From: a virus
Lineage: Duplodnaviria; Caudoviricetes
Direction: 5' to 3' (one strand)
Virus record (IMG/VR): IMGVR_UViG_2693429820_000003
DNA length: 64,000 nucleotides
Part shown: piece by piece, positions 54,373 through 63,934 of the stretch
Position numbering within the stretch: the stretch's first letter is position 1
Layout: each line of letters begins with the position of its first letter
Program-made: the position numbers and the translations under genes
The notes under the pieces: model-generated
What the model saw: the letters and a program-made list of their open reading frames with translations, nothing else
Databases searched by the model: none
Told to the model about the DNA's origin: nothing

Positions 54373-54572
54373 CGACGAAGCTCCGTCAGGGTGCGGGAAA
54401 GGTCCATGCTCGCTCGCTTGGCGGCGGCATTCTCTTTGGTGCAGCAGGCGCTTTCGCCTGATGCGTCCTCAGCTTTCATGCGCATGATTGCCATTTGCGC
54501 AGCCTCAATGAAGCGAACTGCCTCACGGACCGCATCCTCAAGCTTGGAAATTCGTGTGCTATGCCAGCTCAT
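54369..54572 (-). CDS. Small hypothetical protein
   Basis: Helical 67 aa ORF coupled to thyA. Confidence 0.65.
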   Translation of the reverse strand: MSWHSTRISKLEDAVREAVRFIEAAQMAIMRMKAEDASGESACCTKENAAAKRASMDLSRTLTELRR

Positions 54573-54738
54573 TCAACTCTTCCTCAGGATTGTTCAGGTA
54601 GTAGAAACGTTCAATGAACGTCCCGCCTATGTGACTGTGGATGCGAACGAGCACCCAGACCGTGCGCCACCAACAGATGCGGCCTTCAACAACTCTGGGG
54701 AGGAACAGAAACTTGCGGTAGCAATACTCATCGATCAT
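54559..54738 (-). CDS. Small hypothetical protein (59 aa)
   Basis: Hand-read MIDEYCYRKFLFLPRVVEGRICWWRTVW...; ATGA overlap with the upstream gene. Confidence 0.55.
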   Translation of the reverse strand: MIDEYCYRKFLFLPRVVEGRICWWRTVWVLVRIHSHIGGTFIERFYYLNNPEEELNELA

Positions 54739-55100
54739 GCATCCACCTTCACTTTTGATCTGTTTTTCTCCCTGATCTCAGGAATACGGTCCCAAGCTCG
54801 TTCGGATTCGTTGGTAACAACCTGATGAGCGTCCAACCCAAGAGACGCCGCAACAGCAAGCGCTGTGAATAAAACCCCACCAAGTTCCTGGTGTGGCTCT
54901 CCCACAGGGCGAGAGAACGTGTGTTCGACTTGCCGGAATGCGTTCTCTCTTGTGATGCCGACTGCCTGGGCGAGTTCTACAGCCTCTTCCAGAAGCCGAA
55001 GAGCACGGGTTCGCCGGTCCATATTTCCGGACGAGCCAGGGAACGCCGTTTCAAGCCACTTGACGACGTTGCGCTGGGTATCTGAGAGGGATGGTGACAT
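54735..55100 (-). CDS. Second MazG-like NTP pyrophosphohydrolase
   Basis: RALRLLEEAVELAQA...QELGGV. Confidence 0.7.
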   Translation of the reverse strand: MSPSLSDTQRNVVKWLETAFPGSSGNMDRRTRALRLLEEAVELAQAVGITRENAFRQVEHTFSRPVGEPHQELGGVLFTALAVAASLGLDAHQVVTNESERAWDRIPEIREKNRSKVKVDA

Positions 55101-56176
55101 CACAACCGCTCTCCCTCATGGAAGGCCACCGCAACCGGAAAGCGCGGAATGCCATCCGGCGTCGGCGTGAAGTACCGAACCGTGGCTGTGGTCGGAGAGG
55201 TGCCGAGCAACGCCTTCGTATAGGCCTGATCACCCTTGATCCCAGCGCCGAACTCACGGCCATCAGCCAGCTTCAGGGTCACCTTCTTGGCGTAACCTGC
55301 CCAGTTTCCGAGTCCTTCCTCGAGCCGAACCACCTCGAACTCGGCGTCCTGGAATTCCTTCCGCTTCAGGAGCTGCTTCGAGCGCTTCTGCTCGTAGTCG
55401 CCGTTGAGTCTAACCATCTGCCCTTCGTACCCAGCTTCCAGATACTGGCCATAGAGGGTGTTGAGTGCAGCTGCGTCGGACACCTCACCGGTTGGCACCA
55501 TCTTGAGGCTGGTGGAGAAGTCCTTCGCCATGATCCGAAGGCTGGACAAGCGCATGAAGAATGAACCCGGTACCGAAGGCACGTCGTAAATGTGGTACTG
55601 GATCAGCCGAGCGGATTCCGCCAGGTCCGCGTCGGTCGGCTTCTGCTTCTTGACGAGGCTAGTGATCTTGTTGAAGTCGTCGCTGAGCGTGTCCCCATAA
55701 AGCTCCCCATCCAGGATCAGGCTTGGTGCAAGGGCGAAGAAGCCAGATAGCGCCCCCGAGACGTGCGGACAGGACAGGATCGGCTTTCCCTGTCGGGACC
55801 ACAGACCCTCCTTGGTGGCGATGCAACGAATGCCATCCAGCTTGGGTTGGCTGAACACGTGCGGATGACCGCTCGGGAAATCCGTGTACTTCTCGGCCAG
55901 CATCGGCTTGATGACGCTGTCGCGGGGACGGTCAACTTCCCCAATAGTGAGACGGTAATCCCTCGCGAGCTTCTTGCTGCGCTCGGCGTCGGCCTCGAAC
56001 TGGGCCTGTTCCTCGGCCGTGTCCTTGGACTTCGGTGCGGCGATGGTCCAGCCACTGACGACCAGGTTGCCGTCGAGAATACCGGCGTGGGTCCGCCATT
56101 TGTCGCCTTCGACCTCATAGGCCCAAGTGCGGATGTTCTGTTTGGAATCGCGCTTGTAGATGGGTTCCGATATCAT
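55100..56176 (-). CDS. ATP-dependent DNA ligase (phage replicative type)
   Basis: PMLA, QPKLDGIRC, LDGELY, YHIYD, GYEGQMVR, LLKRK, PRFP. Confidence 0.93.
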   Translation of the reverse strand: MISEPIYKRDSKQNIRTWAYEVEGDKWRTHAGILDGNLVVSGWTIAAPKSKDTAEEQAQFEADAERSKKLARDYRLTIGEVDRPRDSVIKPMLAEKYTDFPSGHPHVFSQPKLDGIRCIATKEGLWSRQGKPILSCPHVSGALSGFFALAPSLILDGELYGDTLSDDFNKITSLVKKQKPTDADLAESARLIQYHIYDVPSVPGSFFMRLSSLRIMAKDFSTSLKMVPTGEVSDAAALNTLYGQYLEAGYEGQMVRLNGDYEQKRSKQLLKRKEFQDAEFEVVRLEEGLGNWAGYAKKVTLKLADGREFGAGIKGDQAYTKALLGTSPTTATVRYFTPTPDGIPRFPVAVAFHEGERL

Positions 56177-56193
56177 TTTACCTCCATTCGATC

Positions 56194-58908
56194 TTAAGCT
56201 GCTTGGGCATAAGCATGCGGCTTCGCCCGCTCCTCGAAGAGCCAATCGATCACTTCCTTGTACCCAGCCTCGTCCAGGCGCTTGCCCGCTCGGGCCTCAC
56301 CCACGATCTCTGCATCAGGTTCGAACAGCTCGACCTGTCCCAGACGCGCCTTGTCCTTCGTCCATGGCGCGAAGGTCAGGCCGACTGACGGCGAAGCGTC
56401 GAGCTTGCATTTCTGGAAAAGATCGGGGTGCGTGATCATGACGTCACGCGCCTGAGTGATGAACTGAGGTGCGATCTCGCGATGAACCGAGAACAAGACC
56501 TCGTCGTGGATCGGTGCCAGGAAGCGGGCGTCTTTCCGCCACTTCGGGACGATCAATTTGTCCTCAATCGACAAGATCGACCGCTTGGCAATCGTCGCGC
56601 AGGTTCCTTGGATGTACGCGTTGACGGACTGATTACCTCCGCGCTTGGCGATCTTGCGCCCAATCCAGCGCATGACCTCATGAAAGTTGGCGAGGTCGGT
56701 CAGGTGTGTGTCGGTGATGAATTTCCGGCACCACTCGTCAAACCACTGGTTCGTCGACTCGTAGCGAGTGTACCGTTGGCCGTCCGGTAGCGTGATGTAG
56801 CCCCTGGACTGAACCTCTTCGATCAACCCGACGCGCCATGCTTCGGCTTCAGGGAAACGAGCGCGGTAGGCATCCGTAGCGTCGGCGGTCTTAGTGGTGT
56901 CCCAACCCATGCGCTCGCCAATGGTGGCGAGCCAACCGGAGTACCAGTAGTTGAAATTGGCCCCCTTCCCGATCTCGGTGCGCCAGTATCCATAGGCCTT
57001 CTTCGGCTCGAGAACCTCGCCCTTCAGATTGTTCTGAATGCGTTTCAAGTCCTCAAGTTTCACCCCGATGTCATCGGCGTAATCACCCCAGGCGTCGTGC
57101 GCCCTGAGCTTCTTGAAGACGTCGAGGCTCATAAAGGGAAGTTCAACACGAAGAATGTCGGCCGCCGAGCCGCCGTGCAGGTCTTCGTGCGGGAGCTGGC
57201 CAAAAGCCTTGATGAACTCCCGGTCGCCCGAGAACTCACCAATTTCGACCAGCTCGATACCCGACCAGTCGATGGAGACGATGACGTGATCTTCCTCGTC
57301 TGGGAGGAAGTAGCCACGCACGAAGACGGACTCGCCACGCTTCGCAAGCTGCATCGGATTGGGTTCAGAGCCGGCCATACGACGTGTCGCCAACATGGAC
57401 GTCAGCGTCGGATACATCCGGTTCGTTTCCGGATCGGTCAGCTGCAGGTACGGAGCGATGTAGAGCTTCGCGCGCTGATCGACCGAGGCCAGGGCATTGA
57501 TCTGCTCGATGACGGTGATCGCTGCCTCTTGTCCCTCTTGCTTACTAAGCCGGATCAGAAGCTTGCCCCGGGCCTCACCATCACCCTCAATCTTGCCCTG
57601 AGACACAATCGGCTTCGTGCCAATGAGATCGTAGAGCAGCGTGCGGATTGGCATGTAATGCGAATAATTTGGGCCAACGGATTTTGCGGCGCCCAGTTCC
57701 TTGGTCCACTGGTTCGAAATTGAACCACGAGCCTGCATGAGTTCGGCATAATCGTCCTTCTGGTCGCCCAGGTTCGCCCAGTTGACAATCTGCTGCCGAT
57801 ACTTGGCGTGGTTGTTCTGGTACCACTTCTCAAACTTCAGCAGGTTCGCGTTCGGCTCTGCCGGAAATGGTAGGAGCTGCTTCACACCTGCTCGCAACGT
57901 TCGCAAGATGCCCGCTGCCGTCTGCCTCTCGGTGTGGAGCTGGTTCTTGATGGCGTCGGAATTAACCCGGAGGCCGCCGAGCTTCGCATCCGCGAAGATC
58001 TTCGTCATCGGGTTCTCTTGCGTCATGAAGGTTTCAACGAGCTTATTCCCCCCTCGCTGCATCATCATCGCGAGCAGATGACGGAACAGACGCACGGTCC
58101 AGTAGGAGTCATCGGCGCCGTACGCGACCACTTCTTCGCCTGTGAGTTCTCCCATATGGGCCTTGTCACCCAGGACCTCCGCGAAGGTCGTCATGCGATG
58201 ACCGAAGTGCGATTGAACTGCCTGCTTCAGACCGTAGCCGTAGGCCAAGGAACCCGCGAGACCGTTCCACGACCACGCTGACGAGGACTCTTTAGCTATG
58301 ATCTTGTAGGCCAGCTCCGAAAGCTCGGGGGTCATCTCCCGCGTCTCGCGGTTGTAGCCGGTCAAAGATGCGCGGAGAATGAGCGGGACGAGCTTCTGAA
58401 TCTCACCAATGCCACTCATACGCCAAGCGTCGATGTTGTACTCGTCCGGGCTATAGGTGCTGACGGCCATCTGCAAAGTGCAGATTACGTTCTCGAGATC
58501 ATAACCCAGGCAAGACTTGGCGACGGCCAACTCGAACGGTGCGTTGTGCGCGACCCAGTACGCACCAGTCTTCCGAGCCTCGTAGCAATCGAGCAGATGC
58601 TGGGGTTCTAGCCTGTTCTCAACATCGGCATGGCCGAAGTTCATATAATAGGCCTCCGACATATTCTCGCTGTAGAACGAAGCACCGACAAGATCGGTCC
58701 GACGCATGTCGAAGATCAGTTTCTTGCCAGCGGCTTTCTTCCGCGTGACCGGATCGTAGCCACAGCGCTGATTGAGACCCTCATGGCGACGATCATCGTG
58801 CGTCTCAAAGTCGTGACCGATGAAGTCCGCTTCAGAGATCAGCTTCACGAGCTGCGGTTTGACCTGGGCAATATTGCGCTTGTCGACGAGAACTGCGGGG
58901 ACTGTCAT
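56194..58908 (-). CDS. DNA polymerase family A with 3'-5' exonuclease domain
   Basis: DFET, HNAPFE, YGADD exonuclease motifs; DWSGIE (A), RTEIGKGANFNYWY (B), IHDE (C). Confidence 0.93.
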   Translation of the reverse strand: MTVPAVLVDKRNIAQVKPQLVKLISEADFIGHDFETHDDRRHEGLNQRCGYDPVTRKKAAGKKLIFDMRRTDLVGASFYSENMSEAYYMNFGHADVENRLEPQHLLDCYEARKTGAYWVAHNAPFELAVAKSCLGYDLENVICTLQMAVSTYSPDEYNIDAWRMSGIGEIQKLVPLILRASLTGYNRETREMTPELSELAYKIIAKESSSAWSWNGLAGSLAYGYGLKQAVQSHFGHRMTTFAEVLGDKAHMGELTGEEVVAYGADDSYWTVRLFRHLLAMMMQRGGNKLVETFMTQENPMTKIFADAKLGGLRVNSDAIKNQLHTERQTAAGILRTLRAGVKQLLPFPAEPNANLLKFEKWYQNNHAKYRQQIVNWANLGDQKDDYAELMQARGSISNQWTKELGAAKSVGPNYSHYMPIRTLLYDLIGTKPIVSQGKIEGDGEARGKLLIRLSKQEGQEAAITVIEQINALASVDQRAKLYIAPYLQLTDPETNRMYPTLTSMLATRRMAGSEPNPMQLAKRGESVFVRGYFLPDEEDHVIVSIDWSGIELVEIGEFSGDREFIKAFGQLPHEDLHGGSAADILRVELPFMSLDVFKKLRAHDAWGDYADDIGVKLEDLKRIQNNLKGEVLEPKKAYGYWRTEIGKGANFNYWYSGWLATIGERMGWDTTKTADATDAYRARFPEAEAWRVGLIEEVQSRGYITLPDGQRYTRYESTNQWFDEWCRKFITDTHLTDLANFHEVMRWIGRKIAKRGGNQSVNAYIQGTCATIAKRSILSIEDKLIVPKWRKDARFLAPIHDEVLFSVHREIAPQFITQARDVMITHPDLFQKCKLDASPSVGLTFAPWTKDKARLGQVELFEPDAEIVGEARAGKRLDEAGYKEVIDWLFEERAKPHAYAQAA

Positions 58909-59675
58909 AGAAGGTATTGCTCCAACAGGGCGTTCGCCTTGGCTTGATTTTTCTGACCGACGACCATGTGGCGGGTCATCTCGTCTTCAGGAATCGTGTA
59001 GAGGCCGACGATCTCCCACATCTTCAGGGCCTCGACGGCGTTGCTCACTTCACCCAACCAGTTGCGGGTGGCGGCCGTGGGGAGTTGTTCGGCCGTCATG
59101 GCCACGACGCGAGCGTCGCCCCCGTTGAACGCTGCCTTGAGCTGGTGCTTCGTTTGGGGGGTGAGCTGAGCCCAACCTTTCTGCCCGAACAGCTTCACAC
59201 CAGGGATGTTGTCCGAGGCGTCACCGACGAGCGTTTTGTAGAGACGAACGTCATCTGGAGGCAGTTCGGTCGTGAAGTCCGCGCTGGTGTGACCATCGAA
59301 CAGCTGCGACAGATCGCGGTCCTGCGAACGAATGTGTTTGTTCGTCACCGGATAGGCACGAACAATCGTCGCAATCACATCGTCCGCCTCATAGGTCGGG
59401 ACCGTGATCTGGACCGAAGGTGTGAAAGCGAGCCCCTCCCGGAGCAGGTTGACCATTGGCCAAATATTATCCGGGTGCGGAAGGCGCTTGCTCTTGTAGG
59501 CCGGGAAAATGGCTTGGCGGCGCTTCTTCGCCCCGGCTCCGTCCCAGCACCAAATGTTCACGTCGCCGGCTTGTGTCGCCAGCATGTCGTTGATGATCCT
59601 GCGCGGGGCACGACCTGTTACGTCCCGTTCAAGCTCGCGCCGAACGTGGAATAAAGCGTCAATAATGTAGATCAT
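58905..59675 (-). CDS. 5'-3' exonuclease/flap endonuclease
   Basis: IID, WDG, YKSKR, EADDVIAT, SQDRD, LVGDASDNIPGVK.FG.K. Confidence 0.92.
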   Translation of the reverse strand: MIYIIDALFHVRRELERDVTGRAPRRIINDMLATQAGDVNIWCWDGAGAKKRRQAIFPAYKSKRLPHPDNIWPMVNLLREGLAFTPSVQITVPTYEADDVIATIVRAYPVTNKHIRSQDRDLSQLFDGHTSADFTTELPPDDVRLYKTLVGDASDNIPGVKLFGQKGWAQLTPQTKHQLKAAFNGGDARVVAMTAEQLPTAATRNWLGEVSNAVEALKMWEIVGLYTIPEDEMTRHMVVGQKNQAKANALLEQYLL

Positions 59676-59685
59676 GAGACCCTCG

Positions 59686-59823
59686 AAAAGGTCCCCAGCT
59701 TCCCCTCTTCGAGGTGGAGCTGGGGCCAAGTTCTTCGACGCTGGAGTGCAGAAGGGAGGGAGAGTTCAGCGACGAAGTTTGATGACCCGAAGTGCAGACG
59801 TCGTACCTCGGATCAGCAACTCA
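59686..59823 (-). ncRNA. Putative three-hairpin small RNA / structured 3' UTR ending in a terminator
   Basis: Stem 1 UGAUCCGAGGU/ACUUCGGGUCA; stem 2 CUUCGUCGCUG/CAGCGUCGAAG with loop CUCUCCCUCCCUUCU; stem 3 CCCCAGCU/AGCUGGGG then CCUUUU. Confidence 0.5.
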
Positions 59824-59827
59824 GAAA

Positions 59828-60487
59828 TCAGTTCGTGACGTTCTCGATGGAGAACACGCCGTAGTTGTTCGAGCCCTTCTTCTTCGGAATATGAACAAGC
59901 GTCACAGCGATATCCTCGTCTTCGTCCCGACCGGCGGCCTTCATGGCCTTGACCCACGGCGCAACCATCTGGGTGCCCGTATACGGGGTCGAGTAACCAA
60001 TGCGGGTGCCCGCCGGGATGACGCCCGCCTTGCCCTGGACGTCCTTCGTCAGGGTGAACACGAGGTCGAACGAGATATACTGACCCTTGCACCGAGCGTC
60101 GGTGCTGCGAGCCATCTGGATGACATCAGCCCACGCCTGGCCGGTGGTCATCTCACGGATGCCATCGACCGAATGCTTGTAGGTCTGATTGCCGGCCAAC
60201 GAGAAGCTTACGGTGTACTTCGCCGCGACTTCCGCCAGCTTGATCGAGACACCGAGCTTCTCGAACGGCATGATGTCTTCACCGATCCGCAGGCCAGTAT
60301 CCTTGACCTTGAGATAGGCATCGACGGCATTGCCGACCTGGGAGAGAGCGTCATCGACGCTGATGGCGCGGCCTGCAGGGAGCGTGACAACCGACGACTG
60401 CTTGTTGTCGTTCGACACAGTCGGGAGTGAGTCTGCAGCTGTATTGGCCTGTTCCATAGCAGCGTTGAGAGCGTTATTCAGAGACAT
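59828..60487 (-). CDS. Putative ssDNA-binding/recombination protein
   Basis: AAGGA RBS, strong codon bias, beta-rich, located between helicase and exonuclease/polymerase; function inferred. Confidence 0.5.
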   Translation of the reverse strand: MSLNNALNAAMEQANTAADSLPTVSNDNKQSSVVTLPAGRAISVDDALSQVGNAVDAYLKVKDTGLRIGEDIMPFEKLGVSIKLAEVAAKYTVSFSLAGNQTYKHSVDGIREMTTGQAWADVIQMARSTDARCKGQYISFDLVFTLTKDVQGKAGVIPAGTRIGYSTPYTGTQMVAPWVKAMKAAGRDEDEDIAVTLVHIPKKKGSNNYGVFSIENVTN

Positions 60488-60606
60488 GAGTGTGCGTTCC
60501 TTGAAAAGGTTGTGGTTCAGATTGAGGTTTGAAATTCGATCTCGTTTCGAGTGAAGACTTAGGAACGCTTCAGCTCGGGACCAAAGAAGAGTCGCGGGAC
60601 TCTTAT

Positions 60607-62016
60607 CTAAAGATGAAAAATTTCTCGGTTCGGATCGACGAGATGCGCGTCGGCCGACTTCTGATTGACGATATCTGCCACACGATAATCGACGCGTGTC
60701 TCGTACTTCAGTACCGTGATGCGAAGGGCGGACTGTCGAGCCTCGCGCATGAAGCGCATGTAGGACTGCCAGAAGATTCCATCTGTGAACGGAAGCGTGG
60801 CATAGATGCAGTGGCTAACCTCGATCCGGTTTGGACCCCAGAACTGCCAGTTCCACCCCACGTCGGATACGTTGCTCGAAGCAACGACGCCATCCAGCTC
60901 ACCTGCGATGAACCGCTTGCTGTTAATCTGACGATCTTTGGGCTCAACCTCCCCGGTAATCAGTGCGAACCTGAGACCGAGGCTCTTTGCCAGGGCCAAA
61001 ATCTCGCGTTGCTGCGGGATCATTGAACTGAACACGACGACGGGGGTACCAAGCTCGGCGTGCTGCGTGAGGTGAAGGTCCAACCGTTCGAGTTTACCCG
61101 GGCGCTTCCCTGGCATGATATCGACGGTCATACCGCTGTCGGGGAAGCGCAGATCGGGGAACACGTTGGGGTGTTCCATGATCTGCCTCGCCCGGGCGAA
61201 ATGGACACCAGGCAGGGTGCCGTCGACGAAGAACTTTTCTAGCTCTAGTAGAGCATCGCGCTCGAAGGTGTCGTAAAGCGGTTTCTGTTCAGGCTCCAGC
61301 TCGACCTTCTCGATCTGGATGACTTTCTTTTCCTCACCGTGGATGTCTTTCCATAACCGGTGGGTTCCGTGTCGCTCGAGAATTTTGCGGAGACGGTCGT
61401 GGTTCTGGTAACCAGTTCGCTTACCGGTCCACAGGTCCAGCAGGTAGTGGTGGTTCTTGAAAGCGTCGAACGTCCCGTAGTAGCGGGGTTCTATGACCCT
61501 TATCGCAGGATAGGCAGTATCCAGTTTCCCATTGATGATGGTACCTGACATGGGACGAAAAAACTTCCCTCGTTTGTCCATAAACTCATACATCGCTCCT
61601 GTGTTTCCGGATTCGTGTCCGCCGAATCCTTTGTGAAATTCATCAACAGCCAAAGCGGTAAACCGCTCGGGGAAGCCACCCTGCTTCATGATGCGCTTGA
61701 ACCTATCGAAGCCCATGAGTTTTACCTTGTCGGAAGCCTCCATCTGCTTCTCGACTTGAGCGGGGGTGCCATCGATGATGGTGATCTCGTCAGGCTGCCA
61801 CTCTCCGAAGAACATTGCCTCTTCAAGATTCTTGCGGAGGAGAGATTTGGGCTGAACCCAGATCGTGCCGGCTTGGTGCTGTTGCCAGCGATAGACTTGC
61901 TCGACGCACTCTACTGGCGTCTTACCTGTGCCAGGTTCGTTGCCGTTGATGGCGAACGGATTGTTGATGAAGTAGGATAGGTCTTCGAGCTGGTCAGGGC
62001 GAAGTTGCCAGGTCAC
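60607..62016 (-). CDS. SF2 (SNF2-like) helicase
   Basis: LRPDQ, PGTGKT, VDEFH, MSGT, C-terminal helicase domain with divergent GWNWQ...QSYMRFMR. Confidence 0.85.
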   Translation of the reverse strand: MTWQLRPDQLEDLSYFINNPFAINGNEPGTGKTPVECVEQVYRWQQHQAGTIWVQPKSLLRKNLEEAMFFGEWQPDEITIIDGTPAQVEKQMEASDKVKLMGFDRFKRIMKQGGFPERFTALAVDEFHKGFGGHESGNTGAMYEFMDKRGKFFRPMSGTIINGKLDTAYPAIRVIEPRYYGTFDAFKNHHYLLDLWTGKRTGYQNHDRLRKILERHGTHRLWKDIHGEEKKVIQIEKVELEPEQKPLYDTFERDALLELEKFFVDGTLPGVHFARARQIMEHPNVFPDLRFPDSGMTVDIMPGKRPGKLERLDLHLTQHAELGTPVVVFSSMIPQQREILALAKSLGLRFALITGEVEPKDRQINSKRFIAGELDGVVASSNVSDVGWNWQFWGPNRIEVSHCIYATLPFTDGIFWQSYMRFMREARQSALRITVLKYETRVDYRVADIVNQKSADAHLVDPNREIFHL

Positions 62017-62360
62017 ATTGTCTCCGGAAGATACCGATCAACAAGGATTTCGAAGCGGCCATCGTTGAATTCGCTGGCCGGTCGGCTCCAGGACTGCTTG
62101 TCCACACCCACGTAGTGGACGATCTCCGTCCCCTCTTCGATGGGCTGGGAGGTTTGCAGCTTGCTAACCCCGACAACGCGGTACTCGGTGCCACGTTTGA
62201 TGTGCCGGTGCGTGGGGTCGGCTCGCTGTGAGTAGCAGACAAGATGTTCATAGCGTTTCTTCAGCTCTCGCAGAGCCTGTGCGGCTTCATAAGCATCCCT
62301 CTCAAACGGCTCCCCATCGGGGTTTGCCCAAGCTTCAAGACGCGTGAGAATGTCGGACAT
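62013..62360 (-). CDS. DUF1653-like domain protein
   Basis: HRHIKRGTEYRVVG...VHY...WSRPASEF.DGRF. Confidence 0.7.
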   Translation of the reverse strand: MSDILTRLEAWANPDGEPFERDAYEAAQALRELKKRYEHLVCYSQRADPTHRHIKRGTEYRVVGVSKLQTSQPIEEGTEIVHYVGVDKQSWSRPASEFNDGRFEILVDRYLPETM

Positions 62361-62949
62361 CGTTGACCTTCTTGTTGATGTAGCCGAGCAGCAAACTGGT
62401 TCCGAGCCGCGCCCAGTCTGTATCTGGGGGCGGATCATGATCGGGAACAGGGAGTGTGGTTGCCGCCGGTGGCTTCAAGTCACCGCAGAACACTATGGTT
62501 CTGACGCGAGGCGTTCTCAGCAACATGTTCAATGCCGGGAAGTGCTGAGATTGGTAGTTGACGATGATAAGTGGAGCCAAGTTGGTGTGGTTGACCTCGA
62601 ACGTCAGCGCCTTATTCGTCGTCGCCCATGGGTGATGGATCACCTGCCGGGTTGGGTTACAGAGCCGATACGTCTCCTCGATCCATGGCATTGCCTTGTG
62701 GGGTACCCAGTAAGCACCACCATCAGGGATGGGGGCTAACTTCTCGAGCAGAGGTAGGTCCGTGGTCGTAGGCTCTGCCAGCTCGTCGAGGGGAAGGATG
62801 TCGTGGACACATCGGAGCCACGTCGTCCTGTTCAGGATTTCGAAGGGGCTGGCGAGCTTGCTCAGCCCCTCTGTGAGACAAAGGGACTTCTTCCTTTCGT
62901 GCAAAAAGAAGAGGTCCCCGTCACTATGCAGTCCATAGTGGTGGATCAT
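62335..62949 (-). CDS. Hypothetical protein
   Basis: 204 aa ORF with ATGA coupling. Confidence 0.65.
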   Translation of the reverse strand: MIHHYGLHSDGDLFFLHERKKSLCLTEGLSKLASPFEILNRTTWLRCVHDILPLDELAEPTTTDLPLLEKLAPIPDGGAYWVPHKAMPWIEETYRLCNPTRQVIHHPWATTNKALTFEVNHTNLAPLIIVNYQSQHFPALNMLLRTPRVRTIVFCGDLKPPAATTLPVPDHDPPPDTDWARLGTSLLLGYINKKVNDVRHSHAS

Positions 62950-63305
62950 GCCGCCTTCTTGAGAGCAGCAGTCGATGGGGTGATCTCGACCGAGGGTTTC
63001 CGGTTCTGGGAGTATTGGTCCTGGAGCGAGACGACACCCGCGCCGAGCAGCTGCTTCTTTTTCTGTTCGGGCAGAGCGTCCCAGACCGCTTGGTTGAGTA
63101 CCGGCGCCTGCCCCTTGAAGGCGGCAGTGGAGCCTCGCTTGGTCTTCACGACACCCAGTTCGCTCGTGAACACGAACGGCTCGTCAGCCCGCGCGGTAGC
63201 CTCCCGAAGCTCTTCCTTCCCCTCCTCGATCAATTCGAGGGTTCCACTGATGGCAATGACCTTCTTAAGCAGTCCGTCCGCCAGTGCTTGCAGATCGTTT
63301 TTCAT
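62946..63305 (-). CDS. Hypothetical protein
   Basis: MKNDLQALADGLL...; C-terminus AALKKAA. Confidence 0.75.
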   Translation of the reverse strand: MKNDLQALADGLLKKVIAISGTLELIEEGKEELREATARADEPFVFTSELGVVKTKRGSTAAFKGQAPVLNQAVWDALPEQKKKQLLGAGVVSLQDQYSQNRKPSVEITPSTAALKKAA

Positions 63306-63380
63306 GACGTGCTCTTTCCCTGTGGATAAAAATCCCGAGGTAATGCCGAAACCTGGCATCGACGCTTTGGTCCTGGACCA

Positions 63381-63412
63381 AAAGAGAAAGCCGACCTGCT
63401 AGGTCGGCTTTT
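63381..63412. terminator. Terminator hairpin, possibly bidirectional
   Basis: AAAGCCGACCT-GCT-AGGTCGGCTTTT with A-rich left flank. Confidence 0.8.
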
Positions 63413-63451
63413 CGATCTTCGGGAGACATGGATGTGTGAAATTTGATGGTC

Positions 63452-63934
63452 TCAAACAGACTTCTGACTTGGACTACCGATGATGACAGATGGAACCTCC
63501 GTAAGCTGTTGGAGAGGAATGTCGGTGATCTCAGAAATCCGAACGAGTTCCGAGAGGGTGAAGTCGTGCAGCCCCGTCTCCATCATCCGCAGACGGCTGT
63601 GGTTGGAGAAGTTGGTCGCCCGGCAGAAGTCGTAGGTGTCCCATTGCTTCTTGCTTTGCCGGAAACGGTAGAGCTTGGCGCCAACCGCCGTGTGTAGGGA
63701 GCTGAGAGGCTTGGATTCGCTGATCGGCTTGAAGCCGTCCCGGCGCTTCGAACGAAACGGGATTTCGACCCCGTTCTCCTGCGCCTTTTGACAGGCCCGG
63801 GCGATGTATTTGCTCACGGTCCCGGGTGCGACCCGAGCCTTGAACTGGGTGCGGATTTCGGAAGCTGGAACGGCTTGGTTGATGAAGAGGTCATAGACCT
63901 GCTCTTCGATGGAAACGGTGTCTTTGGTGTTCAA
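63452..63934 (-). CDS. Regulator with N-terminal HTH and C-terminal XRE-like HTH
   Basis: VAPGTVSKYI; VGAKLYRFRQSK...RLRMMETGLHDFTLSELVRISEITDIPLQQL; start uncertain near the window edge. Confidence 0.75.
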   Translation of the reverse strand: MNTKDTVSIEEQVYDLFINQAVPASEIRTQFKARVAPGTVSKYIARACQKAQENGVEIPFRSKRRDGFKPISESKPLSSLHTAVGAKLYRFRQSKKQWDTYDFCRATNFSNHSRLRMMETGLHDFTLSELVRISEITDIPLQQLTEVPSVIIGSPSQKSV

